From assembly GCA_030704615.1 (NCBI GenBank), contig CM060732.1:70060001-70124000 (forward strand): a DNA stretch of 64,000 nt, given 5' to 3'. Position 1 is the first letter of the stretch; every line of letters begins with the position of its first letter. The DNA is from Takakia lepidozioides. Lineage: Eukaryota > Plantae > Bryophyta. A program made the position numbers and the translations under genes. Positions 1-10,719 of this stretch are shown here, in pieces. The notes beneath the pieces were generated by a model. The model was not told the origin of the DNA and did no database searches. It saw only the letters and a program-made list of their open reading frames with translations.

Positions 1-88
1 GCCTGATATTGGACCCATTGTCACCGGAGGAGAGAGACGACGTATACGGCGGTTCCTGAGGGCTTACAGGAATTGCTTTGCCTTCAGT

Positions 89-3054
89 TTGAAGGACTTG
101 GGAGCACTGAAGGGTCAAGAGATCCGTATTGAGTTGGCCACTGACACGCCAATCTTTCGGAGACCCTATAGATACAGTGACATGGAGAGGTCTTTGATTC
201 AGATGAGGACTCAAGATCTCTGGGAGGCAGGTTTGGTGGAGCTCTCTGGTGGAGAGTATGCTTCAGCCACAGTGATGCCAGCTAAGAAGGATGTCTATGG
301 CAATTGGACGGAGAGACGTATGTGCGGTGATTACCGGCCTGTAAATCGTCAGACCAAGTCCGATAGGTATGCCATGCCAACACCAGAGGAGATCTTTGAT
401 GCCATTGGGCATTCCAAGGTCTTTAGCACGTTGGATTTACGATCCGGATATCACCAGTTGCCGATCAAGGAGGCGGATAAGCAAAAGACGGCATTCTGGG
501 GGATCAATGAGCACGGGAAGGATTGCCTATACCAGTGGCGGTTCTTACCATTTGGGCTTAAAAACGCTCCCGCTGAGTTTCAAAGAGTCATGGACGGATT
601 CTAGCAGGGGTGGAGTTTGCTCGGTGCTACATAGATGACATCATCATCTTTAGTGCTACGGTGGAGGAGCATGAGAGACACCTTCAGGGGGTATTTGAGC
701 GCTTGAGGACGCACGGATTGAAGTTACATCCGGGCAAGTGCAAGTTTTTCCACAACCAGATTGAGTATCTGGGTCACATGATATATCCTGGAGGATTGGG
801 GGTACAGCAGACTAAGGTAGAGTCCATTGCACAGGTTCCACGCCCCACGGATGTGAGCCGAGTTCGAGCTTTCATGGGGTTAGCAAACTATTACAGACGG
901 TTTGTTAAGGGATTAGTGCCATTGCAAAGGCTCTAACCAAGCTGACCAAGGTGGACCAGGAGTGGCAGTGGGAAGATGAGCAAGAACAAGCTTTTCAAGA
1001 GCTCAAGGCGAGGTTGACCTCGGCGCCCATCTTGAGACGACCTATCAGGGGGCGTCCTTTTCAGCTGCATACAGATTGGAGCATGCTGGGGCTTGGAGCG
1101 GTGCTCACACAGGTGGATGATGAGGGAAGAGAGTTCGTAGTGCTTATGCTAGCCGCTCGAACAATGCTGCAGAGTCTAAGTATAGCTCATATGAGGGAGA
1201 ATGCTTAGCTGCAGTGTGGGCCGTGGCACACTTCAGGTGCTATTTATACGGCAATCTCTTCACCCTGTCACGGATCACCAACCACTCAAGTGGTTGATGG
1301 AGTCAGACAAGCTTACGGGGAAGCTTGCACGGTGGGCACTCATCCTCAAGAGTATGACTTTCAGGTGGTGCATCGACCGGGTTTGGTCAATCGAATGCAG
1401 ATGGGTTGAGTCGCAATCCATGCACGAGCCAGCAGGATGACACTGGAGCTCGGTGGCATGGTGAGACGGACGAGGAGATGGTGCCCGGATGGCATGCATC
1501 TGCATTTCTGTGTATCTTGGCAGCGGAAGGCCAGGTTGGACCTACAACAGGGATGACTGTAGATCAAGTGTCTGAGGACCCTGAGGCCAGCATGAGCAGG
1601 GTGGGCGCAAAGATATACATGAGATTCAGTTGTGTTGGACTACCTCCGCAGTGGAGACACGCAAGCCACTATGCTGCCAAGGAGAGGGATCGGATCCTAC
1701 AACGAGCCAAGAGGTTCAAGGTGGGAGGGGACACACCTGCTCCGAGTGTGGGAGTATGGGCAGAGTGAGGATTGTGCCTCACCCAACACATCGGGCACGG
1801 TATGCGGCATGCCCATTAGAGTTGGGGCATTTTGGGTGGCTACGCACTGGCATTTGGGGTGCGACGCACTCATAGTCTACTGCAGGCAGTATTGGTGGCG
1901 TGGTATGCACAGAGGTGCAACATTTTGTGGCTAGGTGCATGGTGTGTGACGGGTGCGTGCTTCATTCAACGCCCCTACTCCACAATTGCACCCTCTTCCG
2001 ATCATGGGATTGGGCTACAGGTGGATTCTTGACTTCGCAGGGCCGTTGCCACTGACCATGCGCCACAACAAGTACGTGTTGGTGATGGTGGAGCACTTCT
2101 CCAAGTGGATTGAATTGGTTCCATTGCCTGATAAGGCTAGTGAGGGAGCTGCGTATGCATTCCTGGATTGTGTGCTTAGCCGATTCGTGCTCCAGCTGAG
2201 GTACTCACGGGACCAAGGGAGAGAGTTTTGGGGAGTTTCAGGCTTTGTGTGACAAGCCTTGATAGACCACCGCACCACTTCTCGGATCATCCTGACCGAT
2301 GGCTTGGCAGAGAGAGTTGTTCAGACAGTAAGAGGGGTTTGCGCAAGTATGGCTTGCAGAAGGGACACCTAGGAGATTGGGACCTTCAGTTACCCTGGTT
2401 AGCCATGGGCTACAGGTTCAGCAAGCAAGCATCACTTGCCTCCTTCTCACCATACTTTCTTCTCTTTGCGCGAGAGCCGGATTTTGCCTACATCCATTCG
2501 CAGAGAAGCTGCTACAGTTCTTAACCTTTGACGATGTGACGTGCATGTGAAGCAGCGTGCAGAGTTGTTCAAGAGAGTCATGCCCATGGCTTTCGAGAAC
2601 CTTGCCATTGCACAACACCGTGATACGTTGAGGTATGCTACCATACGTGGTGGGGGCTATCGTCCTGGGTTCGGAGATTCAACCCTGGTGACTATGTCTA
2701 TCTGCAGCAGAACGCTCCTACGACCTAGATGTGACTGCAGGACGTGTTATTTTGAGGGTTCGAGAGGTCTTGCCCTCAGGCGTCTTGGTCTTGAGGGTCG
2801 GTGATGGCATAACTTGGAAGGACCATGTGCGTAATTGTGCGCCATGTCACCTTCCGAATGTCGATGGCAGGATTGACCCAAACCTGGCAGTGGTATCTGC
2901 AGGTTTGAGGTGCATGTTGTGTGGGTCTGCTAAAGGGGCAGCCACCATGCTGGTGTGTGATCGATGCTCTAGAGGTTGGCATATGGGATGCTTGACTCCA
3001 CCTCTTGAGATGGTTCCGGATGGGGATTGGTTATGTCCACATTGCATTGGATAG
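89..3054 (+). pseudogene. Degenerate gypsy pol (RT-RH-INT-PHD)
   Basis: ORFs 89-604, 610-936, 951-1208, 1953-2252, 2228-2524, 2541-2804 and 2731-3054 give consecutive pol segments separated by stops and frameshifts. Confidence 0.93.
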
Positions 3055-3313
3055 TGGGAGTGGATACAACCATGGGAGGCTAACAAGAAACGCAAGGCCC
3101 AGCTACTAGGAGACCTTGAACACACGAGATCTGGCTCAAGTTCACAGATTGCAAGACGGCGACTAACGATGGGGCTACTCTTGTACCCGGCCTCTTGGTC
3201 TATAGAGTTTGAGTACAATAGGGACAGTGATAGAGGACTTAGTACGGCTGTGGCTATTACATCTTGTAGCTATCTGGAGGTAGAGGGACCTATCCACCAG
3301 CTAGGGGGGCGAT

Positions 3314-3817
3314 TGTGGCAGACTACTTTATTGTGCATATATGTGTGGTGTGGTTTGGACAGCGATGTAGTTGTGTAGCGATATGTATGCGCACGACAGC
3401 TGTCAAGTTAAATAAGCACAGTGTGAAAACAGCTAGAATAAAACTAGTTATTTGTATTTAACACTTGGATTTAGGTCAAGTGTTAAATCAGGTGTCAAGT
3501 TTAGTTTGACACCTGGTCGTCTTATCTTCAGAGGCAGCGCGCAGCTCTCTCTCGAGTTGAGCCTGCGCGACCGAGCTCCTGCATTCTTAGATCTGAGTGC
3601 TTATGATGGGAGTGTAGGTTGTTGGGGTGGAGTCCCCATAGCTTGGGGTGCCCTGGCTCGACTATTTTAAAGAGTGATGTTGAGGGATTCATATTTCTTG
3701 TGTTGAGAGTGTGTGTCTTTTCTAGTTTTTATCATTGTGGCAGACTACTTTATTGTGCATATGTGTGTGTGGTTTGGACAGCGATGTAGTTGTGTAGCGA
3801 TATGTATGCGCACGACA
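3314..3817 (+). repeat. 3' terminal repeat of gypsy copy 1 with B-A-B layout (B1 3314-3398, B2 3736-3817)
   Basis: tgtggcagactactttattg...tatgtatgcgcacgaca occurs twice, directly after the PPT agggggggcga-like tract and again ~340 bp later. Confidence 0.9.
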
Positions 3818-4059
3818 TAATAGACAAACAATTATTTATATTTGTACATTTATATTTAAAGTGATATATATTAATTCATTTAAATGATTTAAAAAATACT
3901 ATTCAGATATTTCTCGTTATTTCTGGACCAAACCTAAATCTAGATTTACTTAAAATTGGGTTTTCACATCATTCTTGAATTTCACATCATTGTTTCAATA
4001 CTCCACCATGCTAATTATACTTCATAATGAATGACACATCTTACTCCATGATTACGTTG

Positions 4060-4352
4060 ATCACTCATCAATCTTCCATCGGAATTGCGCCAGGGCCTAG
4101 AGGTCAGAAGATTAATGTAAAATCCAAGGGAATAATAAGCATAAAATTGGAACACTCACCTGGTACAATGGCAGCCAACAGAATATGGTCTTTTCTTATT
4201 GAAAGATACGAAGGGAACAGGTTGTAATTCACCATGGTCACCGGCCAAGTGGAATGACTACATGACTGGATAGAGAATGGGTTGATCCCATCCGTAAAGA
4301 AGCCGAGGCGGACATGTCGTGGGTCGTCTTTCAGAAAAGGGGGGAATGCCTC
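4060..4352 (-). pseudogene. CACTA (En/Spm) transposase fragment, Transposase_21-like region
   Basis: DDPRHVRLGFFTDGINPF..SHSTWPVTMVNYNL..LAAIVPG, followed after a short intron by GPG. Confidence 0.85.
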
Positions 4353-4440
4353 CACGTGAGTGTGTGAGCGCAGCCAAGCTCACGCCACGTCAACAGTTCC
4401 TGCCACGTTGGTTCTCGCCAGCGTAGTTCACGCCGCGTCA

Positions 4441-5162
4441 CTCTCATAGGCACGGACCTATAACCGCGGGCGGGGGTCGGGACACAAGAGGGGCTGCCCC
4501 TGTGGTGGGGCAGTGGCAACAAATAGGAAAGGGGGTTGAAGCACCCTTGAGTGCCAAAGGCACTCAAGGAGGCGGAGGCGCTCACTAGGTGGAGCCCCGC
4601 AAACCGGGTTGCATTGGTGGGGGCTCCACGAGGGGTGGTGGTAGCTTAGGGAGTCGTAGTGGGGATGGCATAGGACTCACCATGGGGCTGAGGCCTTGTG
4701 GTGGGAGTTGTGGGGAGTCTTGGGACTCACCACGGTCCATTGGGGCCGTGGTGGGTGGGCCAAGACTCACCGCGACACATCACAGGGAGTCAAGGGTCTA
4801 GGTGGTGGTGCATTAGCTTTGGACTTGGCTAGTTGTGGAACCCCCGCGGACACCTACAGAAGTATATATAGGGAGTAGTAACCCCGAGAACGGTGCAAGC
4901 CCGTTGGTGACCAAAAGCTAGTGAGTAAGCGTGCGAGACGGAAAACGACCAAGGTGTGGGGAGCTATTCCGGACTGCCTTCTACCAAAGGGAATTTCCAC
5001 TGAGCCCAACAGGTTGAGGGTCAAGTGGGAGTGTGAGGGGACCGTTATGTCCTGGTGAGCAGCCAAAGCTCCGAGTTGGCCCGGCGGCCAAGGGAGTTAG
5101 GCGCGCATCAAAGCGGGTAACTATGACTTGATGGGGAGTTTACCAAAGTGAGGTGCGTGACA
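4441..5162 (-). mobile_element. Probable truncated LTR-like fragment
   Basis: GC-rich block starting TGTCACGCACCTCACTTTGG on the minus strand; internal hairpin ccttgagtgcc-aaa-ggcactcaagg at ~4545-4569; no TSD or second end found. Confidence 0.45.
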
Positions 5163-5800
5163 TATAGGGTCCAGGATGCATTCTCCGGGGTGTCATCATC
5201 CTCTTGTACCCCCTCTACCCAACCTCGGTCAATATCAGCATCATCATGACCAGTCTCTTCCTCCTCCGCATTTGCCTCGTCCCATGGAGATCCCCGACCA
5301 TGATAGCCCTCAACATTCTCACGTCGGCCCCTTGCTCGTGGAGCGCGTCTAGTCTCCCTTGCATGGTTCCACCTCCATGCAACCGTCTCCTCCTTTCGTT
5401 GTTGAACAAGGTTAAAAAAAAAAAAAGTAAAAAGTATGACACCTCCTCCCGAAGGGAACGTAAATTATGGTGTCACTTCACCACAAGGGCTAGTGCCTTC
5501 CAGCTGAAAGGTGGACACCTTAATGACACACCAGACCGTGGTTTGAACCCACAACCATATTCAACGTGGTATGTGCCCATTACCACTGGGCTACATGTTG
5601 GTTGTCTGAACAAGGTTATTGTATCTTGCCCTCTCACTCATGTATGGATGGGTTGTTCTTCAGTATGAACTCATGTGCTTGCTCAATCGCCATGATCGGC
5701 AATTTTACCTTCTTCAACTTTTTGGGCAAAACGATGTCATTGGTTCGTGCATCCGCCTCTTCCTTGGGTCATTTAAGTGCTTATAAGCCGTATTGTTGCA
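5163..5800 (-). pseudogene. Probable CACTA transposase fragments, interrupted by a SINE
   Basis: Minus-strand translation IEQAHEFILKNN resembles the AH.Y.L.N segment of CACTA transposases; lies next to other CACTA pieces. Confidence 0.45.
5415..5606 (-). mobile_element. tRNA-derived SINE with poly(T) tail and 12-bp TSD
   Basis: Minus strand has A-box TAGCCCAGTGG and B-box GGTTCAAACC, and a T-rich tail; flanked by tgaacaaggtta at 5403-5414 and 5607-5618. Confidence 0.85.
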
Positions 5801-5939
5801 AAGACACATTATAATATATGTCCGTATGTTCATTTGTTCATATCAGGACTTTGTTGTTCCATTCCCGGTCCTTTCTCTTGGCACCCCATCCGAAAAACAA
5901 CCCAAGTACATCAGGTGGGAGCCGCCCCCACCATTGATC

Positions 5940-6260
5940 AAGTACCGAACGACAATGACGATGACAGTGACAGTGATAGTGACAACAATAGTGAGGATGG
6001 AATTAACCTGGAGGATGTGCAAGCCATGTGGGATCTCTTTAATGCATCATGTGGGCGCTGATGCATCCCATGGAGAGGAAACCCGGCCAATCGATGATCC
6101 TGAAATGGCCCCCTCAAATGACATAGAGAGGGAGGCGAGAACTCCCTTGTACGAAGGGGCAAAAGTGAGTCGACTTTCAACAATCTTACTTTTCTTCAAT
6201 CTTCCAATTCAATTTGGCATAAGTAATGTTGGGATGTCTGCCATAATGCAAACTATTGCG
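5940..6260 (+). pseudogene. CACTA transposase N-terminal fragment
   Basis: Acidic stretch followed by EARTPLYEGAKVSRLSTILL, matching the A..PLY.G...S.LS motif. Confidence 0.65.
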
Positions 6261-6630
6261 GAAGTTAATCCAAGAACTGACCCGGTTGACAAAGAAGAAG
6301 AAGGAAGCAACTGTCACCATGACGACTCCCTTATTTTTACTCCAAATGATTCGACACACTGTACACCTAACGGCCGAAGAGCAAGCGACGTTGGGGTTAT
6401 GCAACGGGTAGATACGATGGAGGAAGAAGGAAGTGAGACGACAGCAGGTCAAGAAAAAGAAGAGGGCGGACTTGCAAAAAGAGCCCGGATCAACGAAACA
6501 ACCACAAGTGCAGCAGCAAAGGACACATCAACTCGACGGCTGATTCCCCAGTACAGAGAGAAGGAGAGAATCAGCAGCCAGAAAGAGAGAATCAACAGCC
6601 AGAAATAGGGAATCAACCTCAGACCAACGA
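6261..6630 (+). repeat. Inverted copy of part of the retroelement accessory ORF at ~22985-23312
   Basis: gaagttaatccaagaactgacccggttgacaaagaagaagaaggaagcaactg... closely matches the reverse complement of ~22985-23312; both encode VDTMEEEGSET..GQE.EEGGLAKRARIN. Confidence 0.9.
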
Positions 6631-6639
6631 AGCAACACT

Positions 6640-8720
6640 GATTCTCTCTGAGATGATTCTCTCTGAGACTCAATATCGTCACTCATCGAATCAGCCTCAG
6701 AAGCAGAGTCTTCGGAATGCAAATTCATCTTATACCATGCTGCAGCATCATCCGCTGCCCTCTCACGTAGCAGTCGGCAATTGGTATACACATACACCAA
6801 TTTGTCAGCCCTCGCGTGATTCAACATGTTGCGAATCTTGTTGTGAACAAATGAGTAACTGCTCCAATTGCGTTCGCAAGATGAGACAGAGCACACTTGA
6901 GCAAGAATACGCTTCGCAATGAGAGCCAATGTTCTTGCTCCAGTTCCAATCAGATCCCACCATTCATATGGCAGCATATTGAGCTCTTTTGGATCCGACA
7001 TGTCCTCAAAAGGGTCGCGGCGATCTGAGAAGCATTGGTACTCGGATATAACTCTCTCTGCATGGTTCGGCGGAACCGGTCGCATGAGCACTCGCACGAG
7101 GCCGGCCTTGGCATCAATGTCGTCTCGGAGCATGGTATTGTCAAGCAAGAATGAATTGAGCAAAGCCCCCGTATAATGCAAGTCCGTTCGAACCATCGAA
7201 CGACGGTCGTAAAATGCATCCTCAGCATTGTCCACAAGTTCAGGTTCCAAGGAGAAGGGAGGATGCCTCAAGGATTGGACGTGCTTATCAAGATTTTGCA
7301 TTAGTAACCATGTCTTGCCCATTACTGGTTGCTTTCCATCAAACTCCCGCAAGACGAGTAACACCGGCTCAACCATATAAACAAAGTTTTCACATTTCTT
7401 CAAGAAATCATCGATGCGAATGCTATTTCGAACTTTTCGACTTTTGCCCAATGACTTGGCTTTTCTGGAGTCCTGCAATGTCCGTGTGTACGCATCCTAT
7501 TGAGGATCGATGATGGTGTGCTCCAGACTGCTCTTCACCATCACCAACCGATCCACCATCAAGAAGTTAGTGGCAAAACGAGTTTCGCCTGGATTGCGGA
7601 GGCTGTATTTGGGTTCGTGCCTCCTATATATTGCCAAAGGGATGTGGTGTGTGCGGATGAACGACACAACAGTCTTCGCTTGCTTGACAAGTTGTTTCAC
7701 CCACTGTTCTTTTCTCCAATCTTCCAAAAGGAGGTCAAGGATATAAGCAGCACAACCTTGATAGTACATATGGAGATAACGTGCCAACAACATGTCTGCA
7801 GTATTTCTCATGTTAGCGGCATTGTCTATGCATATTTGCACGATTCTATCACTTCCGACCTGTTCGATGAAGTCCGTCGATAGTTGATATTGATAACGTC
7901 CATCTTTCTTCTCGCCGTTTTGTCGACCGATCCCAAGAATTGTTCCCCAGCTGAACATACGAGCATGACATTGAACAACGGTCTGTTTGTGACAGAACTC
8001 CAACCATCGGCACATATAGTGCTTCCATATTTTCTGATGCACTCGCCCGTCCTATCGTTGACCTTTTGGGTAAGCTCGGTCATGACGTCTTCTAGCAATC
8101 TTGTGCGGAGATTGTGATAAGTCAGAGGCACGTACGTGGATTTGGACTCCGAGGTTGCTCTTACGGCAGAAACAAATGCCGGAAGCCTTGCCACATTAAA
8201 TGGTATGTTGGCCTCGAGAAAAAACTGCGCCCATTTTTTATCCAACTGTCTTTTTGCAGACAAGTTAAGACCTTCTTGCATGGATTGCTGCCGGAATCCT
8301 CTACTCCGTTGAAGTGTAGGGGTACAAAGAGGTGTTGAAGCAGGTGTTGCTCCAGCACAACCTACTTGTCCAAGGATACTCGAAGCCTCACAAGAGTCGC
8401 CCTGGGTACTAATCGGGGCATCCTGACGGGAAGATGAGGTGTTCTGCTCAGAGGTCATGTCCAAATCCAAAGACATTGGAATATTACCTCCACACTGGGC
8501 AAAGTGGCTTTTTACCTGCATAGATGCTTTGGGGCATAAACCCACCCCAGCGCTCTTCACACCTTTATAGCCGAGGTGAGCGAGCAATCGATCCTTACGA
8601 TAATAAAGCTTTAATCCACATAGGTTGCACTCAACACTACCAGTGTTCGGGATTGTCGTATACCAATGGCTTCATTCCTCCCTCATCTTCACCCAATATC
8701 CACTCCCCTGGGACCTAGCG
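6640..8720 (-). pseudogene. hAT transposase
   Basis: BED finger (ECNLC..LAHLGY..CPK), ANIPFN, ICADGWS, QICIDNAAN, CAAYILDL, ETRFAT, WWDLIG, SSCERNWS...RADKLVYVYTN; frameshifted. Confidence 0.92.
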
Positions 8721-9059
8721 ATGCAAGCAACAAAAAACAGTCACCTATAAATGAACGTGTTGTGAATGTAGAGTGCAATGCGATAGCCCAACACTTCTAC
8801 ACCTGTCAGTAACCCAAGTGGGTCGATGTGGGTTGTAGTGTTGAACTTATACACAATCTGCTGAAGTAGCTTTGATGGAAGCCACAACGGCAAAAGGTGC
8901 GCACCTTCCTCTTGGGCTACACTCTCGTTCAATGGAAGAGAACATCCAAAGCAACCTCAAGTGTTTGCGCCAAACTAAGTGATGAGCTTGGTTACCCTCC
9001 TCCCTGATATATAATCCAAGAGGGATGAAAGTGAAATGAAAGTGAAATGAATAAATGAC

Positions 9060-10389
9060 GAACCAGTAGCGCCCACCCGAAAAAGGCTGTACAACCATAT
9101 TTGTTGTAATTTTGAAATTAAGCGACCGCTAATACTACAGTCGCTATTTTCTTTTTAATGAAAAACGAGCGACCGCCACTACTGGCGTCGCTTTTATTTC
9201 CTTTCATTTTGTGCAATACTGCGGTCACTTCTATTTTGTATATTTTTAAATTTAAACGACCGCCCGTATGGCGGTCGCTATTGTTTTTTATTTCAAAATA
9301 TAATGCAACTGCCGGTATGCGGTCGCTTCATTTGTTAATATATTTAAAATAAAGCGACCGCAAATATGGTGGTCGTTTTTATTTTTAATATTTTAAAAAA
9401 ACGCGACCGCCAGTAAGGCGGTCGCTTCTAATCTGTATATTTTATGGCGGTTGTTTGTTTTTCTATATATTTTTTAAATTAAGCGACCACCCAATGGCGG
9501 TTGCTGTTTTTATTTTATATATTTTTGAAATTATCCAACCGCCATATGGCGGTCGCTTGTTCTGTACATATTTACAAAATTGTGCGACCACCAATACGGC
9601 AGTCGTTTGTTTTCTTTTGTAAATTAGGCGACCACCAATGCGACCGCCAATCTTATTTTTTTTTTAAATAAATTGAAGCGACCGCCAAGATAGCGGTCGT
9701 TATTTCTTTTTTTAATTCGAAAAATAAAGCGACCGCCAGTGCGACCGCCAATCTTGCTTGTAAATTATTATTTTTGAAGCGACCGCCAATATGGCGGTCG
9801 CTATTTCTTTTTCTATTTCGAAAATAAAAGCGACCGCTAGTGCGACCGCCAATCTTGCTTTAAAAAATAAAAATAAAAGCGACCGCCAATACGGCGGTCG
9901 CTATTTCTTTTTTAATTTTGAAAAACAAAGCGACCGCCATAATTGGCGGTCGCATTCATTTTGTTAATTTTCAAAAATGTATTTGCCACCGTGCGACCGC
10001 CAGTACGGCAGTCGCTTGTTTTCTTTTTTAAATTAGGCGACCACCAATACGCCCGCCAATCTTGTTTTTTTTAAAAAATAAATTGAAGCGACCGCCAACA
10101 TAGCGGTCGCTATTTGTTTTTCTAATTCGAAAAATAAGGCGACCGCCAGTGCGACCGCCAATCTTGCTCTAAAAAAAAAAACATTTGAAGCGACCGCCAA
10201 TAAGACGGTCTCTATTTCTTTTTCTATTTCGAATAAAAAAGCGACCGCCAATCTTGCTTTAAAAAAAATAAAAATTGAAACGACCGCCAATATGGCGGTA
10301 GCTATTTCTTTTTTAATTTCGAAAAACAAAGCGAATTGGTGGTCGTGTTCATTTTGTTAATTTTCAAAATGTATTTGCCACCGCCACTG
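9060..10389. repeat. Subterminal repeat array of GCGACCGCCA / TGGCGGTCGC in AT-rich spacers
   Basis: Dozens of direct and inverted copies, often paired as hairpins (gcgaccgccaatatggcggtcgc). Confidence 0.9.
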
Positions 10390-10719
10390 TGTCGGCGACG
10401 TGGCTGCTTAAGAGGCAGTATTTTACCTGATACTATTTTTACCAGAATATTCCCCGAACCTGACGTGACGGAGGTCCCGTCAGTGTCAAGTCTGACGTGA
10501 CCTGATGCTGACGGACGGACGTGACGTTGATAACCGGGGTGAGACAGTTCAGTTTAGGTCGATTTTTGTGTCTATTCAAGAGTTTCTCGGATTGTTCTGA
10601 GATGATGCCAACAAAAAAATAAGGGCGATAAAGTTCGTGACGAGAGTTTCTTTTTTATATGGGTATACAAATCCATAATTTCTTTCCTTCCAAAAAATTT
10701 AGATCAAATAGATTTTGAT

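Larger units (their letters stand above)
1..3817 (+). mobile_element. Ty3/gypsy LTR retrotransposon with PHD finger fused to integrase (copy 1, 5' end outside window)
   Basis: Frameshifted pol: RT (LDLRSGYHQ, LPFGLKNAP, YIDDIIIFS), RNase H (FQLHTDWS, TDHQPLKWL), integrase (LDFAGP...TDQG...LAERVV), C-terminal PHD finger (CMLC..CDRCSRGWHMGCL..WLCPHC), polypurine tract at 3302-3312 and terminal repeats. Confidence 0.95.
6640..10389 (-). mobile_element. hAT DNA transposon (BED-DUF659-dimerisation type), 3' end lost
   Basis: Putative TIR start CAGTGGCGG at 10389 (minus), long subterminal repeat array and transposase pseudogene. Confidence 0.85.

Noticed and set aside
3314-3817. TRIM with 85-bp LTRs
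   Set aside because: There is no PBS after B1 and no PPT before B2; the block directly follows the gypsy PPT in both copies.
5520-5600. tRNA gene
   Set aside because: A/B boxes are present but no convincing cloverleaf; the tail and TSD indicate a SINE.
5793-6608. 271-aa ORF as a real gene
   Set aside because: It is a chance fusion of a CACTA fragment and a frameshifted retroelement ORF fragment.
10033-10329. Hydrophobic repetitive ORF resembling a membrane protein
   Set aside because: It is a translation of the GCGACCGCCA repeat array.
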